Source: Calditrichia bacterium (GTDB lineage: Bacteria; Calditrichota; Calditrichia; RBG-13-44-9; J075). Taken from it: a DNA stretch of 64,000 bases. The stretch spans positions 160,001-224,000 of the forward strand of contig JBOEGD010000001.1 of assembly GCA_050633245.1 (NCBI GenBank), in the 5' to 3' direction. The notes beneath the pieces were generated by a model, which ran no database searches, was not told the origin of the DNA, and saw nothing but the letters and a program-made list of their open reading frames with translations. Both the position numbers and the translations under genes were made by a program. How positions within the stretch are numbered: the first letter of the stretch is position 1; every line of letters begins with the position of its first letter. This document shows, piece by piece, positions 18,938 through 27,856 of this stretch.

Positions 18938-20251
18938 TTGAGAATAGCTGTTTTTGGACTAGGATATGTTGGCTGTATTTCAGCCGCAAGTTTTGCAAAA
19001 GAAGGTAATCAGGTAATTGGAGTAGACGTTTCACCAGACAAGGTTGATATTATTAATGCCGGAAAATCACCGATTGTAGAGCCGGGATTAGAAGAAGGTA
19101 TTGCATCCGCTGTGGCAAATGGTTCGCTAAGAGCCGTCAGCTCCTGCGAAGAAGCCATTGCCAATAGCGATATTTCGCTGGTTTGTGTAGGTACACCAAG
19201 TGCACGCAACGGCAGCGTTAAACTGGATTATATCTATCGTGTAGCTGAGCAAATCGGTGATGCGCTGAAAAAAGTTGACCACTACCATGTATTCGTTATT
19301 CGAAGCACCGTTCTACCCGGAACGCACGAGCGATGTGTAAAGATTATTGCCGAACAGTCAGGCAAGAAGCCTGGTGAAGGCTTTGGCGTTTGCTCCAACC
19401 CGGAGTTTTTGCGTGAAGGAACTGCACTAAAAGATTTCTACTCTCCGCCGTATACCGTAATCGGTGAAATGGATAAACGCAGTGGTGACTATTTGGCTGA
19501 AATTTACAAGCCGCTTGATGCGCCCCTTATTCGCACTGAGGTAAAAGTAGCAGAGACCGTAAAGTATGCGAATAATGTTTGGCATGCAGTCAAGGTAGCC
19601 TTTGGTAACGAAATGGGTACGCTCTGTAAGCGTGAGGGCATTGACAGCCATAAACTGATGGAAATCTTCTGTATGGATACCAAGTTGAATCTGTCTCCGT
19701 ACTATCTGAAGCCGGGATTTGCTTTTGGTGGCTCCTGCTTGCCGAAAGACGTGCGCGCCATTACCTATCGTGCAAAGGACCGCGACCTGGATCTGCCGAT
19801 GTTAAATGCTGTGATGAAGAGCAATGAAGTTCATGTTGAGCGCTCCGCTCAGCTGGTAATGGATCAGGGCAAGAAAAAGATTGGTATTCTTGGACTTAGC
19901 TTCAAAGCCAATACCGATGACCTGCGTGAAAGCCCGATGGTTGATGTTGTTGAGACGCTTATTGGTAAAGGTTACGACATCAAAATCTACGACCGCAATG
20001 TGCAGCTGGCAAAATTGTTCGGTGCCAACAAAGAATATATCAACGACAAGATCCCGCATATCTCGGGTCTGATGGTTGAAAGCATCGAGGAAGTGCTGTC
20101 GCACGCCGAAGTTGTAGTAATCGGCAACAATAGTAAAGAATTCGACGAGAAGCTGGAAAGCCATAGTGGCGAGTATAAAATTGTCGACTTTGTGCGCATG
20201 GCTCAGGATACCGAGAAGTATCCGAGTGATTACGAAGGCCTGTGCTGGTAA
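18938..20251 (+). CDS. algD: Nucleotide-sugar 6-dehydrogenase, GDP-mannose dehydrogenase (AlgD)-like
   Basis: FGLGYVG, GKSPIVEPGL, NPEFLREG, PGFAFGGSCLPKD, DDLRESP, C-terminal EGLCW closely resembling the Pseudomonas AlgD end. TTG start after GGAGG. Substrate not proven. Confidence 0.8.
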   Translation: MRIAVFGLGYVGCISAASFAKEGNQVIGVDVSPDKVDIINAGKSPIVEPGLEEGIASAVANGSLRAVSSCEEAIANSDISLVCVGTPSARNGSVKLDYIYRVAEQIGDALKKVDHYHVFVIRSTVLPGTHERCVKIIAEQSGKKPGEGFGVCSNPEFLREGTALKDFYSPPYTVIGEMDKRSGDYLAEIYKPLDAPLIRTEVKVAETVKYANNVWHAVKVAFGNEMGTLCKREGIDSHKLMEIFCMDTKLNLSPYYLKPGFAFGGSCLPKDVRAITYRAKDRDLDLPMLNAVMKSNEVHVERSAQLVMDQGKKKIGILGLSFKANTDDLRESPMVDVVETLIGKGYDIKIYDRNVQLAKLFGANKEYINDKIPHISGLMVESIEEVLSHAEVVVIGNNSKEFDEKLESHSGEYKIVDFVRMAQDTEKYPSDYEGLCW

Positions 20252-20269
20252 CTAATAGTTCGAAGTTCA

Positions 20270-20310
20270 TCGTTCAAAGTTCGGGATCTTAAGTCTTGAA
20301 CTTTGAACGA
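20270..20310. repeat. Hairpin built from heptamer units
   Basis: TCGTTCAAAGTTC...GAACTTTGAACGA, 13-bp perfect stem directly after the dehydrogenase. Confidence 0.75.
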
Positions 20311-20358
20311 GCATATAACCGGAACATGCGTATTAAAACACGTTTTTCACGCAGTTTT

Positions 20359-20393
20359 TCAGAACTCAGAACTCAGAACTCAGAACTCAGAAC
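20359..20393. repeat. Perfect heptamer tandem repeat (TCAGAAC)5
   Basis: Read directly; ends 22 nt before the GT2 start. Confidence 0.95.
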
Positions 20394-20415
20394 TTATACC
20401 CTGGACTAACCTATC

Positions 20416-21594
20416 GTGGAAATTTACATTTATATATTCTGGATCAGCGTTTTTTTATTGATCTACCCCTATCTGATTTACCCGCCATTGTTAATGCTCT
20501 ATACCCGTATTTTCGGTGGTAAAGTAGCGGTAGCCGAAGACCCGAAAGAATGGCCGGCCGTTTCCTTTATCATCTCTGCTTACAATGAAGAAGCGGTAAT
20601 TCAGGAAAAGATTGAAAATACGCTGAGCCTCGACTATCCGAAAGGCAAACTGGATATTGTGGTCATCTCCGACGCAAGCAGCGATCGCACCGACGATATC
20701 GTTCGGGAAATGTCTGACAAGCACGGTAACATAAAGCTGGTGCGTCAGGAAGAGCGTAAGGGGAAGTCGGCAGGCCTCAATCATGGAATTAAAGAGACAA
20801 CCGGCGACGTTATCGTTTTCTCCGACGCGAATGCGATGTTTAACAACGATGCGATTAAAGAACTGACGCGTTATTTCAGTACTCCGGATATTGGATATGT
20901 TATAGGTGCTGCCCTGTATAACGAGAACAAGGACAGCGAAGCAACCGAAAGCGAAGGACTCTACTGGAAGTTTGAACTGTTTGTGAAGGAACTGGAATCG
21001 AAATTTTATTCTGTCGTTGGCGGCGACGGAGCTATTTATGCAACCCGCAAAGGGTTGTTCTGGGATTTAAAGGATGACGATATTAATGACTTTGTGAACC
21101 CGTTACAGATCGTATCCAAAGGCTATCGTGGAATCATTAATCCGAAAGCTATTTGCTATGAAGACGCCGCAGAAAACTTCGATAAGGAATTCGGCCGCAA
21201 GCGTCGCATTGTAAATCGCTCATGGCGTGCGGTAACCCGCTATATCAGTTGGTTTAGCCCGCTTCAGCATGCAAAATTTTTGTTCGAGTTGTTCTCTCAC
21301 AAAGTTATTCGCTGGTTTAGCTTGATGATTATGACGGTCTGTTTGTTAAGCAATATTGCCATCTTGCTGTTACACCCAACACCTCTGTATGTGGTTACGC
21401 TGCTTGGCCAGATTGCATTTATAATCGCAGCTTTGCTGGGAGCAAATCTTGACGCACGGAACAAGCCGATGCCCAAGCTGCTCTATTTACCCTACTACTT
21501 CTGCTTCGTTAATTTGGCCGGTCTGCTGGGAATTATTGACCAATTTCGTGGAATTCGGCATGCAACCTGGGAACATGTGAGAGAAACACAATAG
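20416..21594 (+). CDS. GT2 glycosyltransferase with N- and C-terminal membrane helices
   Basis: SAYNEE, DASSDRT, GKSAGLN, FSDAN, GLYWKFE, GGDGAIYA, RKRRI, SHKVIRW. Confidence 0.92.
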   Translation: MEIYIYIFWISVFLLIYPYLIYPPLLMLYTRIFGGKVAVAEDPKEWPAVSFIISAYNEEAVIQEKIENTLSLDYPKGKLDIVVISDASSDRTDDIVREMSDKHGNIKLVRQEERKGKSAGLNHGIKETTGDVIVFSDANAMFNNDAIKELTRYFSTPDIGYVIGAALYNENKDSEATESEGLYWKFELFVKELESKFYSVVGGDGAIYATRKGLFWDLKDDDINDFVNPLQIVSKGYRGIINPKAICYEDAAENFDKEFGRKRRIVNRSWRAVTRYISWFSPLQHAKFLFELFSHKVIRWFSLMIMTVCLLSNIAILLLHPTPLYVVTLLGQIAFIIAALLGANLDARNKPMPKLLYLPYYFCFVNLAGLLGIIDQFRGIRHATWEHVRETQ

Positions 21595-21627
21595 CCATAG
21601 CCGGCACAACGTGGAGATATAACAACT

Positions 21628-23502
21628 ATGTGTGGAATTGTTGGAATTTACAACTTTGATAAAAGCAAGACTGTTCAGCAAGCTCATCTGAAGGCCATGG
21701 CTGACAGAATGGAACATCGTGGTCCGGATGATCAGGGGTTTCATATTCAGGATAACGTAGGAATTGGTATGCGCCGCCTGAGTATTATTGACCTCGGTGG
21801 TGGACATCAGCCAATTTATACACAGGACCGTGAGAAGGTTATTGTCTTCAATGGTGAAGTGTATAATTACGGTGATCATCGTCCTGATCTGGAAAAGAAT
21901 GGACACAAATTTGATACCCATTCAGACACCGAAGTCGTGCTGCATCTCTACGAAGAGCACGGAATTGATTTTCTCGAAAAATTGAACGGAATGTTTGGTC
22001 TGGCTATCTGGCATAACCAGAAAAAAGAATTGATTATTGCCCGAGACCGTATTGGTATTAAGCCAATGTATTACTATCGCGATAGCGAGAAACTAATTTT
22101 TGCCTCCGAGGTGAAGTCTATTCTGGCGTTGCCCTTTATTAAAGCGGAGCTGGATTTAGGCGGCCTTGGCACGTTCTTGAAATATGGCTTTACGCCTGCA
22201 CCACACTCGATGTTTAAAAATATTCAAAAGATTCCTCCGGCGCACTTCATGCGTATTAAGGGGAACGATGTTGAGATTAAGCGATATTGGGATCTCGACT
22301 ATATGCCAAAACACACCGGTACGGAAGATCAAATTGGCGAAGAGCTTTACGAACTGCTTAAAGATGCCGTTCGCTATCGCATGATAGCCGATGTGCCGCT
22401 GGGTGCATTTTTGAGCGGTGGTATGGATTCGAGTGGTATCGTGCATCTGATGTCTGAGTTGGGTAGCAAATCCACCAGCACCTATAGTATTGGATTTGGC
22501 AAAGGATTTGAATTTTATAATGAACTCGATGCCGCCGGTCAATTCGCAAAGGACTATAATACAAATCACCATGAAATTATGGTTGAACCGGACGTGGCGG
22601 ATTTATTTCCCAAACTTATTCAATCGCTGGATGAACCATTAGCAGATTCCTCGTTTGTGGTCACCTACCTGGTGTCTAAGCTGGCTCGTCAATCTTCTAC
22701 GGTCATTCTTTCCGGAGTAGGTGGCGATGAGTTGTTTGGTGGCTATCGTCGCTATCTGAACGTACAGATGAACAAGTATGTGAAGATGATCCCTTTTTGG
22801 GCACGTAAGCATATTTTAAAGCGTGCGCTAAATGCTGTTCCAATTGATCGCAACAATACGATGCTCAATTACTTCCGCCTGGCGAAAGGATATATTAACT
22901 CTGCCGAACTTGAACTACAGCAGCAGTATGGTTCATATACATCCATTTTTAATGACGACTTTCAACGTCAACTGACCTTGCAGGAGCAGAATGTTCCGGA
23001 TTACTACGAGAAGTATTTTGAAGAGTGTAATTCACCGCATCTGTTAGACAAGATTATGTATTACGATCTTAAGACATCTCTGCCAGAGCAGCTACTAATG
23101 CTTACCGATAAGATGACTATGGCGACGTCATTGGAAGCACGCGTGCCGTTTTTGGATCACCGGATGGTTGAATTTGCCGCACGTATTCCAAATGAGCTGA
23201 AGATAAAGGGATTTAAGCTGCGCCATATTCAGAAGCACATTTTTGAGGGTAAATTGCCGGACTACGTGCTGCACAAGAAGAAAAAAGGTTTTGGCGCGCC
23301 GGTTGGCAGTTGGATTCGCGAGGAATTAAAAGAAATGACCTTCGATTTGTTGAGTGAGTCAAACTTGAAGAAGCAGGGGGTATTCAATCCAGCCACTGTT
23401 CAGACTATTTTAGACGACCACTTTAATATGCGCGAGGACTATAGCGATCACCTGTTATCCCTGATTGCCTTCCAAATTTGGTACGATCAGTACTTGGCAT
23501 AG
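21628..23502 (+). CDS. asnB: Asparagine synthase (glutamine-hydrolysing)-like amidotransferase, polysaccharide-locus type
   Basis: MCGI Ntn N-terminus, HRGPDD, RLSIID, FNGEVYN, RDRIGIKP, LSGGMDSS, SGVGGDELFGGY, EARVPFLD, KKGF. Confidence 0.93.
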   Translation: MCGIVGIYNFDKSKTVQQAHLKAMADRMEHRGPDDQGFHIQDNVGIGMRRLSIIDLGGGHQPIYTQDREKVIVFNGEVYNYGDHRPDLEKNGHKFDTHSDTEVVLHLYEEHGIDFLEKLNGMFGLAIWHNQKKELIIARDRIGIKPMYYYRDSEKLIFASEVKSILALPFIKAELDLGGLGTFLKYGFTPAPHSMFKNIQKIPPAHFMRIKGNDVEIKRYWDLDYMPKHTGTEDQIGEELYELLKDAVRYRMIADVPLGAFLSGGMDSSGIVHLMSELGSKSTSTYSIGFGKGFEFYNELDAAGQFAKDYNTNHHEIMVEPDVADLFPKLIQSLDEPLADSSFVVTYLVSKLARQSSTVILSGVGGDELFGGYRRYLNVQMNKYVKMIPFWARKHILKRALNAVPIDRNNTMLNYFRLAKGYINSAELELQQQYGSYTSIFNDDFQRQLTLQEQNVPDYYEKYFEECNSPHLLDKIMYYDLKTSLPEQLLMLTDKMTMATSLEARVPFLDHRMVEFAARIPNELKIKGFKLRHIQKHIFEGKLPDYVLHKKKKGFGAPVGSWIREELKEMTFDLLSESNLKKQGVFNPATVQTILDDHFNMREDYSDHLLSLIAFQIWYDQYLA

Positions 23503-23509
23503 CAGGGCC

Positions 23510-23538
23510 GTAGATGTCGCGATGTTTCGTGTCTCTAC
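23510..23538. repeat. GTAG-type REP-like imperfect palindrome
   Basis: GTAGATGTCGCGATGTTTCGTGTCTCTAC; a related element lies at 57143-57170. Confidence 0.5.
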
Positions 23539-23540
23539 TG

Positions 23541-23603
23541 CCGATTCACGAATACCGATTGCTGATTGCCGGTTCACAATTCACGATTCACGATTGCTGA
23601 CTT
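23541..23603. repeat. Degenerate heptamer tandem repeat (about 9 units)
   Basis: CCGATTC ACGAATA CCGATTG CTGATTG CCGGTTC ACAATTC ACGATTC ACGATTG CTGACTT, ending at the next ATG. Confidence 0.75.
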
Positions 23604-24374
23604 ATGAAAATTACACTTCTCATTCTCCTAACCGTCTTTAACATCTGGATGGTCTGGAAATATAAACAAGACAATGCCTTTCTGTTAAACTGGTCGAAAG
23701 GCCAGGTGTTGGAAGATGATAAGCCGAGTGAAAAGGCCATTAAACTGCTTACTTATATTCGTCAGAATTTGCGCACCAAACGCTGCCCTGATTCTTTTCT
23801 GCTGCCGATTTTTCGCTTCCTGCGTCCCACACCAAGGCAAATTGCCGTTAGTCAGGGAGATTGTGCAGATAAGTCCCGTTTGCTCATTACGCTCTTAAGG
23901 CTTCACGATGTGCCGGCATCAAAAGTTGCGCTACACGATGCGGAAGGTGTCTCTCGCCATGCTGTGGTAGAAGCAGAAATCGAAAACAACGGTCGCATGG
24001 TGATGGATGCCGTGTATGGTCTATATTTTCCGGCCGATAGCGGGTTTTATCATTCGCGCGACTTACAGAAGGACGAGTCACTTTTGCGCGATCGTGTTGC
24101 ACACCTGGTCGATCTTGGTGAAGATGTTTTACGTCCACCTCTGGAACGCTATCCCTATCATAAATACACTTATATGAACCCGCGCAGCATCAACTGGGAA
24201 AAGTCGATTGTTACCCGTATAGCTTACTCCGTACTGCACGTTTTTATAGGAGATAAGACAGATACTATTGAACGTCCGTTTTTTGTTGAGCGACCTGCAA
24301 TAATGCTTTTAATTGTCGGTTTGTTCGCACAACTTGGCATTGTTTTAACTTATCTACCGGCACTATGGCGATAA
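23604..24374 (+). CDS. Membrane-anchored transglutaminase-like (Cys-His-Asp) protein
   Basis: GDCADKSRLL, RHAVVE and VMDAVYG give the TGc triad order. Hydrophobic helices at both ends. Confidence 0.7.
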   Translation: MKITLLILLTVFNIWMVWKYKQDNAFLLNWSKGQVLEDDKPSEKAIKLLTYIRQNLRTKRCPDSFLLPIFRFLRPTPRQIAVSQGDCADKSRLLITLLRLHDVPASKVALHDAEGVSRHAVVEAEIENNGRMVMDAVYGLYFPADSGFYHSRDLQKDESLLRDRVAHLVDLGEDVLRPPLERYPYHKYTYMNPRSINWEKSIVTRIAYSVLHVFIGDKTDTIERPFFVERPAIMLLIVGLFAQLGIVLTYLPALWR

Positions 24375-24377
24375 AGG

Positions 24378-24440
24378 AATCATAATTCATCAATCATAAT
24401 TCATCAATCATAATTCATCAATCATAATTCATCAATCATA
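24378..24440. repeat. 14-bp tandem repeat (AATCATAATTCATC) x4.5
   Basis: Perfect copies at 24378, 24392, 24406 and 24420 plus a half copy. Confidence 0.95.
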
Positions 24441-24450
24441 TCTGGATATC

Positions 24451-25464
24451 ATGAATAAACAAGCTCTCTCTCTGCTTTTAAAAAAAGTGTTCTTTAAGTT
24501 CGGCGTGTACGGCTTCTTCCGCAGCCTGTTTCCCAATCGCAAGGTCTCAATTCTGCGTTATCATGCTGTTGTGCCAAATAAAGACAACTTTTATACATCG
24601 CATGCTATTGCCCTGTCTCCTGAAGAATTTGAGCGACATGTCCGTTATTTTGCCAGGAAATATACTGTTTTGTCTCTGGACGAAATCATTGATTTATTCA
24701 AGGAGAAAAAGCCGATACCCAAAAACAGTGTGGCTTTTACATTTGATGATGGCTATTTAGATAATTTGTTGGCAGCAAAAATCCTGAACAAATACGGCGC
24801 ACACGGCACGTTTTTTATCGTTACCGAAGCCATTGGACGCGAGTCTTTGCTCTGGCTCTCCGAAGTAACCTATATGTTGCTTAAAACGCCAAACACTTCC
24901 TTCCGCATTAACGCTGCAGAAAGCAACGAGACGCTTCCACTGGGCAATACGGTAGAACGTTGGAAAGCAATCCGTCATCTTGTAAAGCTTATAAAATCTA
25001 ACAATCGTGCAGTCCGCAAGGAAGTGCGTAAGCAGCTGCTGGAGCAAGTTGGAACACCGGAATTAGTGCAGGATGTAAAAGACCTGATGCTAACCTGGGA
25101 TCAGGTTAAGCAAATGGTTGATTTGGGGATGATTATTGGCTCGCATACTTTAAGTCACCTCAATCTGCCGAATGCCGAGCCGGATGATGCGGTCCAGGAG
25201 ATTACTCAAGCGAAGAAGGTGATCGAAGACCGCCTTGGAACTCAGGCAAGGCACTTCTCGTACCCGAACAGCGGGCCGTATGCTTATTTCGATGAGCGTA
25301 TTCGTAAGTATGTTGTGGAGGCTGGTTACGATAGCTCTTGCACTTCAAACAATGGCTTCGTTGATGCCGATAGCGATGCCTTTGCACTGGAACGCGTGCG
25401 CACGGTGCCAGACCTGGAAGAGGTTGTTCATGACATGGAGTGGTCGCGCGTTTTGGGTGGCTAA
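24451..25464 (+). CDS. Polysaccharide deacetylase (CE4/NodB; IcaB-like)
   Basis: ILRYH, FTFDDGY, GSHTLSH, FSYPN, L.R. Confidence 0.92.
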   Translation: MNKQALSLLLKKVFFKFGVYGFFRSLFPNRKVSILRYHAVVPNKDNFYTSHAIALSPEEFERHVRYFARKYTVLSLDEIIDLFKEKKPIPKNSVAFTFDDGYLDNLLAAKILNKYGAHGTFFIVTEAIGRESLLWLSEVTYMLLKTPNTSFRINAAESNETLPLGNTVERWKAIRHLVKLIKSNNRAVRKEVRKQLLEQVGTPELVQDVKDLMLTWDQVKQMVDLGMIIGSHTLSHLNLPNAEPDDAVQEITQAKKVIEDRLGTQARHFSYPNSGPYAYFDERIRKYVVEAGYDSSCTSNNGFVDADSDAFALERVRTVPDLEEVVHDMEWSRVLGG

Positions 25465-25491
25465 TGGCCAAAGCATTGCTTAAGTTAAGCG

Positions 25492-26499
25492 ATGACTCGT
25501 CTAAAGCTACTCCTGCGCCTGAAGATATTCGTTCCGTTTTTGCTTTCTGCGCTTTTCCTCTATATCGCATTCCAGGATATTAACTTAAATGAGCTGTGGA
25601 AGTCGTTGCGTTCGGCTTCCATGGTCACTATCGTATTGGCTTCCGCCCTTGCTATTATGGCAATCTTGTTCCGTGCCTGGCGTTGGCAATTTCTGCTTCG
25701 TCCGCTAAAAAACCTGCCCTACAAACGCGTTTACCCAATTACCATGATTGGATTTATGGCGAACAATATTTTACCGGCTCATGCCGGGGAATTGGTGCGC
25801 GCATATATCCTTGCCAGAGAAGAAAAGATTGACGGTGTAGCCACGTTTACCACGGTATTACTCGAACGTATTTTGGACCTGGTTGCACTGGTAAGCATCT
25901 TGGCTATTGTGGCATACTCCGTAGAACTGCCAGACTGGTTGCGATATAGTGCTTTTGCACTCGGCTTTTTTGCCTGGGCCACGCTTGGAGTACTTTATGC
26001 GACTACTCTAAAAAATTCCAGGTTAAAGGGCTTTTTGACAGGTCTTGTTGAACGATTGCCAATAAAAGTTCGCGGCTATTTGCAGGCAAAGTTACATGCT
26101 GTTCTCGAAGGTGTAAAGATTGTCGGTAGCCGTCGCGTTCTGGCGAAGCTTATGGTTATGTCATTAGCGGTCTGGCTACAGCTGGCATTTACTATTTGGG
26201 TTGTCCTGGTGGGATATCCGCTGGAAAACCCACAACCATCTTTTATTCTTCCCGCCCTCACAGCCTTACTGCTGGTCGCATTTGCCGCTGCCATTCCTTC
26301 TTCTCCCGGTTATGTTGGGGTTACTCAGGTCGCGTTTGTTTATGCATTAGAGCCTTTCGGAATAGGACAAGCTGAGGCTGTTGGTGTATCTGTTGTTTAT
26401 CATCTAACACAGTATTTTCCTATTACATTGGCCGGGATTTGGTATTTGCTTCGTCTCGGATTTTCTTTCCGCACGCTTACCGAAGCGCGTGAGAAATAG
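25492..26499 (+). CDS. Lysylphosphatidylglycerol-synthase TM-domain (UPF0104, flippase-like) membrane protein
   Basis: RAWRW, IGFMANNILP..AGE..R, ERILD, P.SPGYVG; multiple TM helices. Confidence 0.88.
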   Translation: MTRLKLLLRLKIFVPFLLSALFLYIAFQDINLNELWKSLRSASMVTIVLASALAIMAILFRAWRWQFLLRPLKNLPYKRVYPITMIGFMANNILPAHAGELVRAYILAREEKIDGVATFTTVLLERILDLVALVSILAIVAYSVELPDWLRYSAFALGFFAWATLGVLYATTLKNSRLKGFLTGLVERLPIKVRGYLQAKLHAVLEGVKIVGSRRVLAKLMVMSLAVWLQLAFTIWVVLVGYPLENPQPSFILPALTALLLVAFAAAIPSSPGYVGVTQVAFVYALEPFGIGQAEAVGVSVVYHLTQYFPITLAGIWYLLRLGFSFRTLTEAREK

Positions 26500-26645
26500 C
26501 CAAAAACGCCACATTTCGTTAGAAAACAACAGATTGGCTCTTTTCAAAGTGAACAAAATAATGGTCACCCTACCTAAATAATTAAGACTCTCCTGCGATT
26601 TTAGTGAAAGTTTGCAAAAAAAAATGAGCCAATTTTCTCAATTGT

Positions 26646-26674
26646 TTGACACGCCATAAAAAGTTTTGTATTAT
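26646..26674 (+). promoter_or_regulatory. sigma70-type promoter for carAB
   Basis: TTGACA (26646-26651), 17 nt, TATTAT (26669-26674); GGAGG RBS before the carA ATG. Confidence 0.75.
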
Positions 26675-26746
26675 GTGCCAATTTGTCTGTCTGAATAGCT
26701 CAGATGGTAAAAAAGTGATCTTCAAAGAAGCTGCCGGAGGTAACAT

Positions 26747-27808
26747 ATGCGAGCTGAACTCGTATTGGAAAACGGTCAAACCTTTACCGGCACCGCATTT
26801 GGTTGGAATGGTTCTGTCGCTGGTGAAGTAGTATTTAACACCGGTATGGTAGGCTACCCCGAAACTCTCACTGACCCTTCTTATCGCGGCCAGATTCTCG
26901 TTTTAACCTTTCCCTTGGTTGGAAATTACGGTGTCCCACAACAGGGCAGCACCGCGGTCGAGGCTCTTGCCGACTTTTTTGAATCGAATCGAATCCATAT
27001 TTCTGCTCTAATTGTCTCCGAATATAGTGAGGAGTATAGTCACTGGGCGGGAGAGACCTCATTGAGCGAATGGCTTAAGGAATATAAAATTCCAGCCATC
27101 TCAGGGGTGGATACCCGTCAGATCACGCAAATTCTGCGAGACCGCGGTTCGATGTTGGGCAGAGTGCAGATCGGAGAAGAGCAGCTTACTTTTCACGATC
27201 CAAACGAACGAAATCTGGTTTCAGAAGTTTCGATTTCCGAGCCGGTAGAGATCGGTAAAGGGAAAAAGCGGGTTGTCGTTGTAGACTGCGGTTGCAAGAA
27301 TAATATCGTTCGCTCGCTGCTGAAGCGAAAAGTAGCTGTAAAGGTCGTGCCGTGGAATCATCCGGTTCACCAGGAGAAGTGCGATGGCATAATAATTTCT
27401 AACGGCCCGGGCGATCCATCGGTTTGCCAGGAAACCATCACTGTTCTGCGCAAGCTGTATAAGAAGAAAGTGCCCGTTTTCGGAATTTGCCTCGGGAGCC
27501 AGCTGATGGCGCTGGCTGCAGGTGCAAAAACATTCAAACTTAAGTACGGCCATCGAAGTCAAAATCAACCCTGCGTAATGGTTCAGACAAAACGCTGCTT
27601 TATTACCTCGCAGAATCATGGCTATGCTGTGGAAGAGAAGAGCTTACCTTCGCAGTGGGAGCCTTGGTTCTTTAATGCGAATGACGGCACGAATGAAGGG
27701 ATAAAGCATACCTCGAAGCCGTTTATGGGGGTGCAGTTTCACCCGGAGGCGCATCCCGGACCTGTTGATACAAATTTTCTGTTTGACGATTTTGTAAACA
27801 TGTTATAA
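26747..27808 (+). CDS. carA: Carbamoyl-phosphate synthase small subunit
   Basis: GEVVFNTGMVGYPE.LTDPSY.GQ, SNGPGDP, GICLG, SQNHGY, QFHPE. Confidence 0.97.
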   Translation: MRAELVLENGQTFTGTAFGWNGSVAGEVVFNTGMVGYPETLTDPSYRGQILVLTFPLVGNYGVPQQGSTAVEALADFFESNRIHISALIVSEYSEEYSHWAGETSLSEWLKEYKIPAISGVDTRQITQILRDRGSMLGRVQIGEEQLTFHDPNERNLVSEVSISEPVEIGKGKKRVVVVDCGCKNNIVRSLLKRKVAVKVVPWNHPVHQEKCDGIIISNGPGDPSVCQETITVLRKLYKKKVPVFGICLGSQLMALAAGAKTFKLKYGHRSQNQPCVMVQTKRCFITSQNHGYAVEEKSLPSQWEPWFFNANDGTNEGIKHTSKPFMGVQFHPEAHPGPVDTNFLFDDFVNML

Positions 27809-27837
27809 GCCGACTCTCTTTGGAAAGTCGGCTTTTT
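27807..27837 (+). terminator. Terminator-like hairpin between carA and carB
   Basis: AAGCCGACT...AGTCGGCTT followed by T residues. Confidence 0.55.
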
Positions 27838-27856
27838 ATTTGAAAGGTAAAAGGCA

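Noticed and set aside
18938-20251. Alginate biosynthesis operon
   Set aside because: No alg8, alg44, algK, algE or algG; the export genes are Wzx/Wzy-type.
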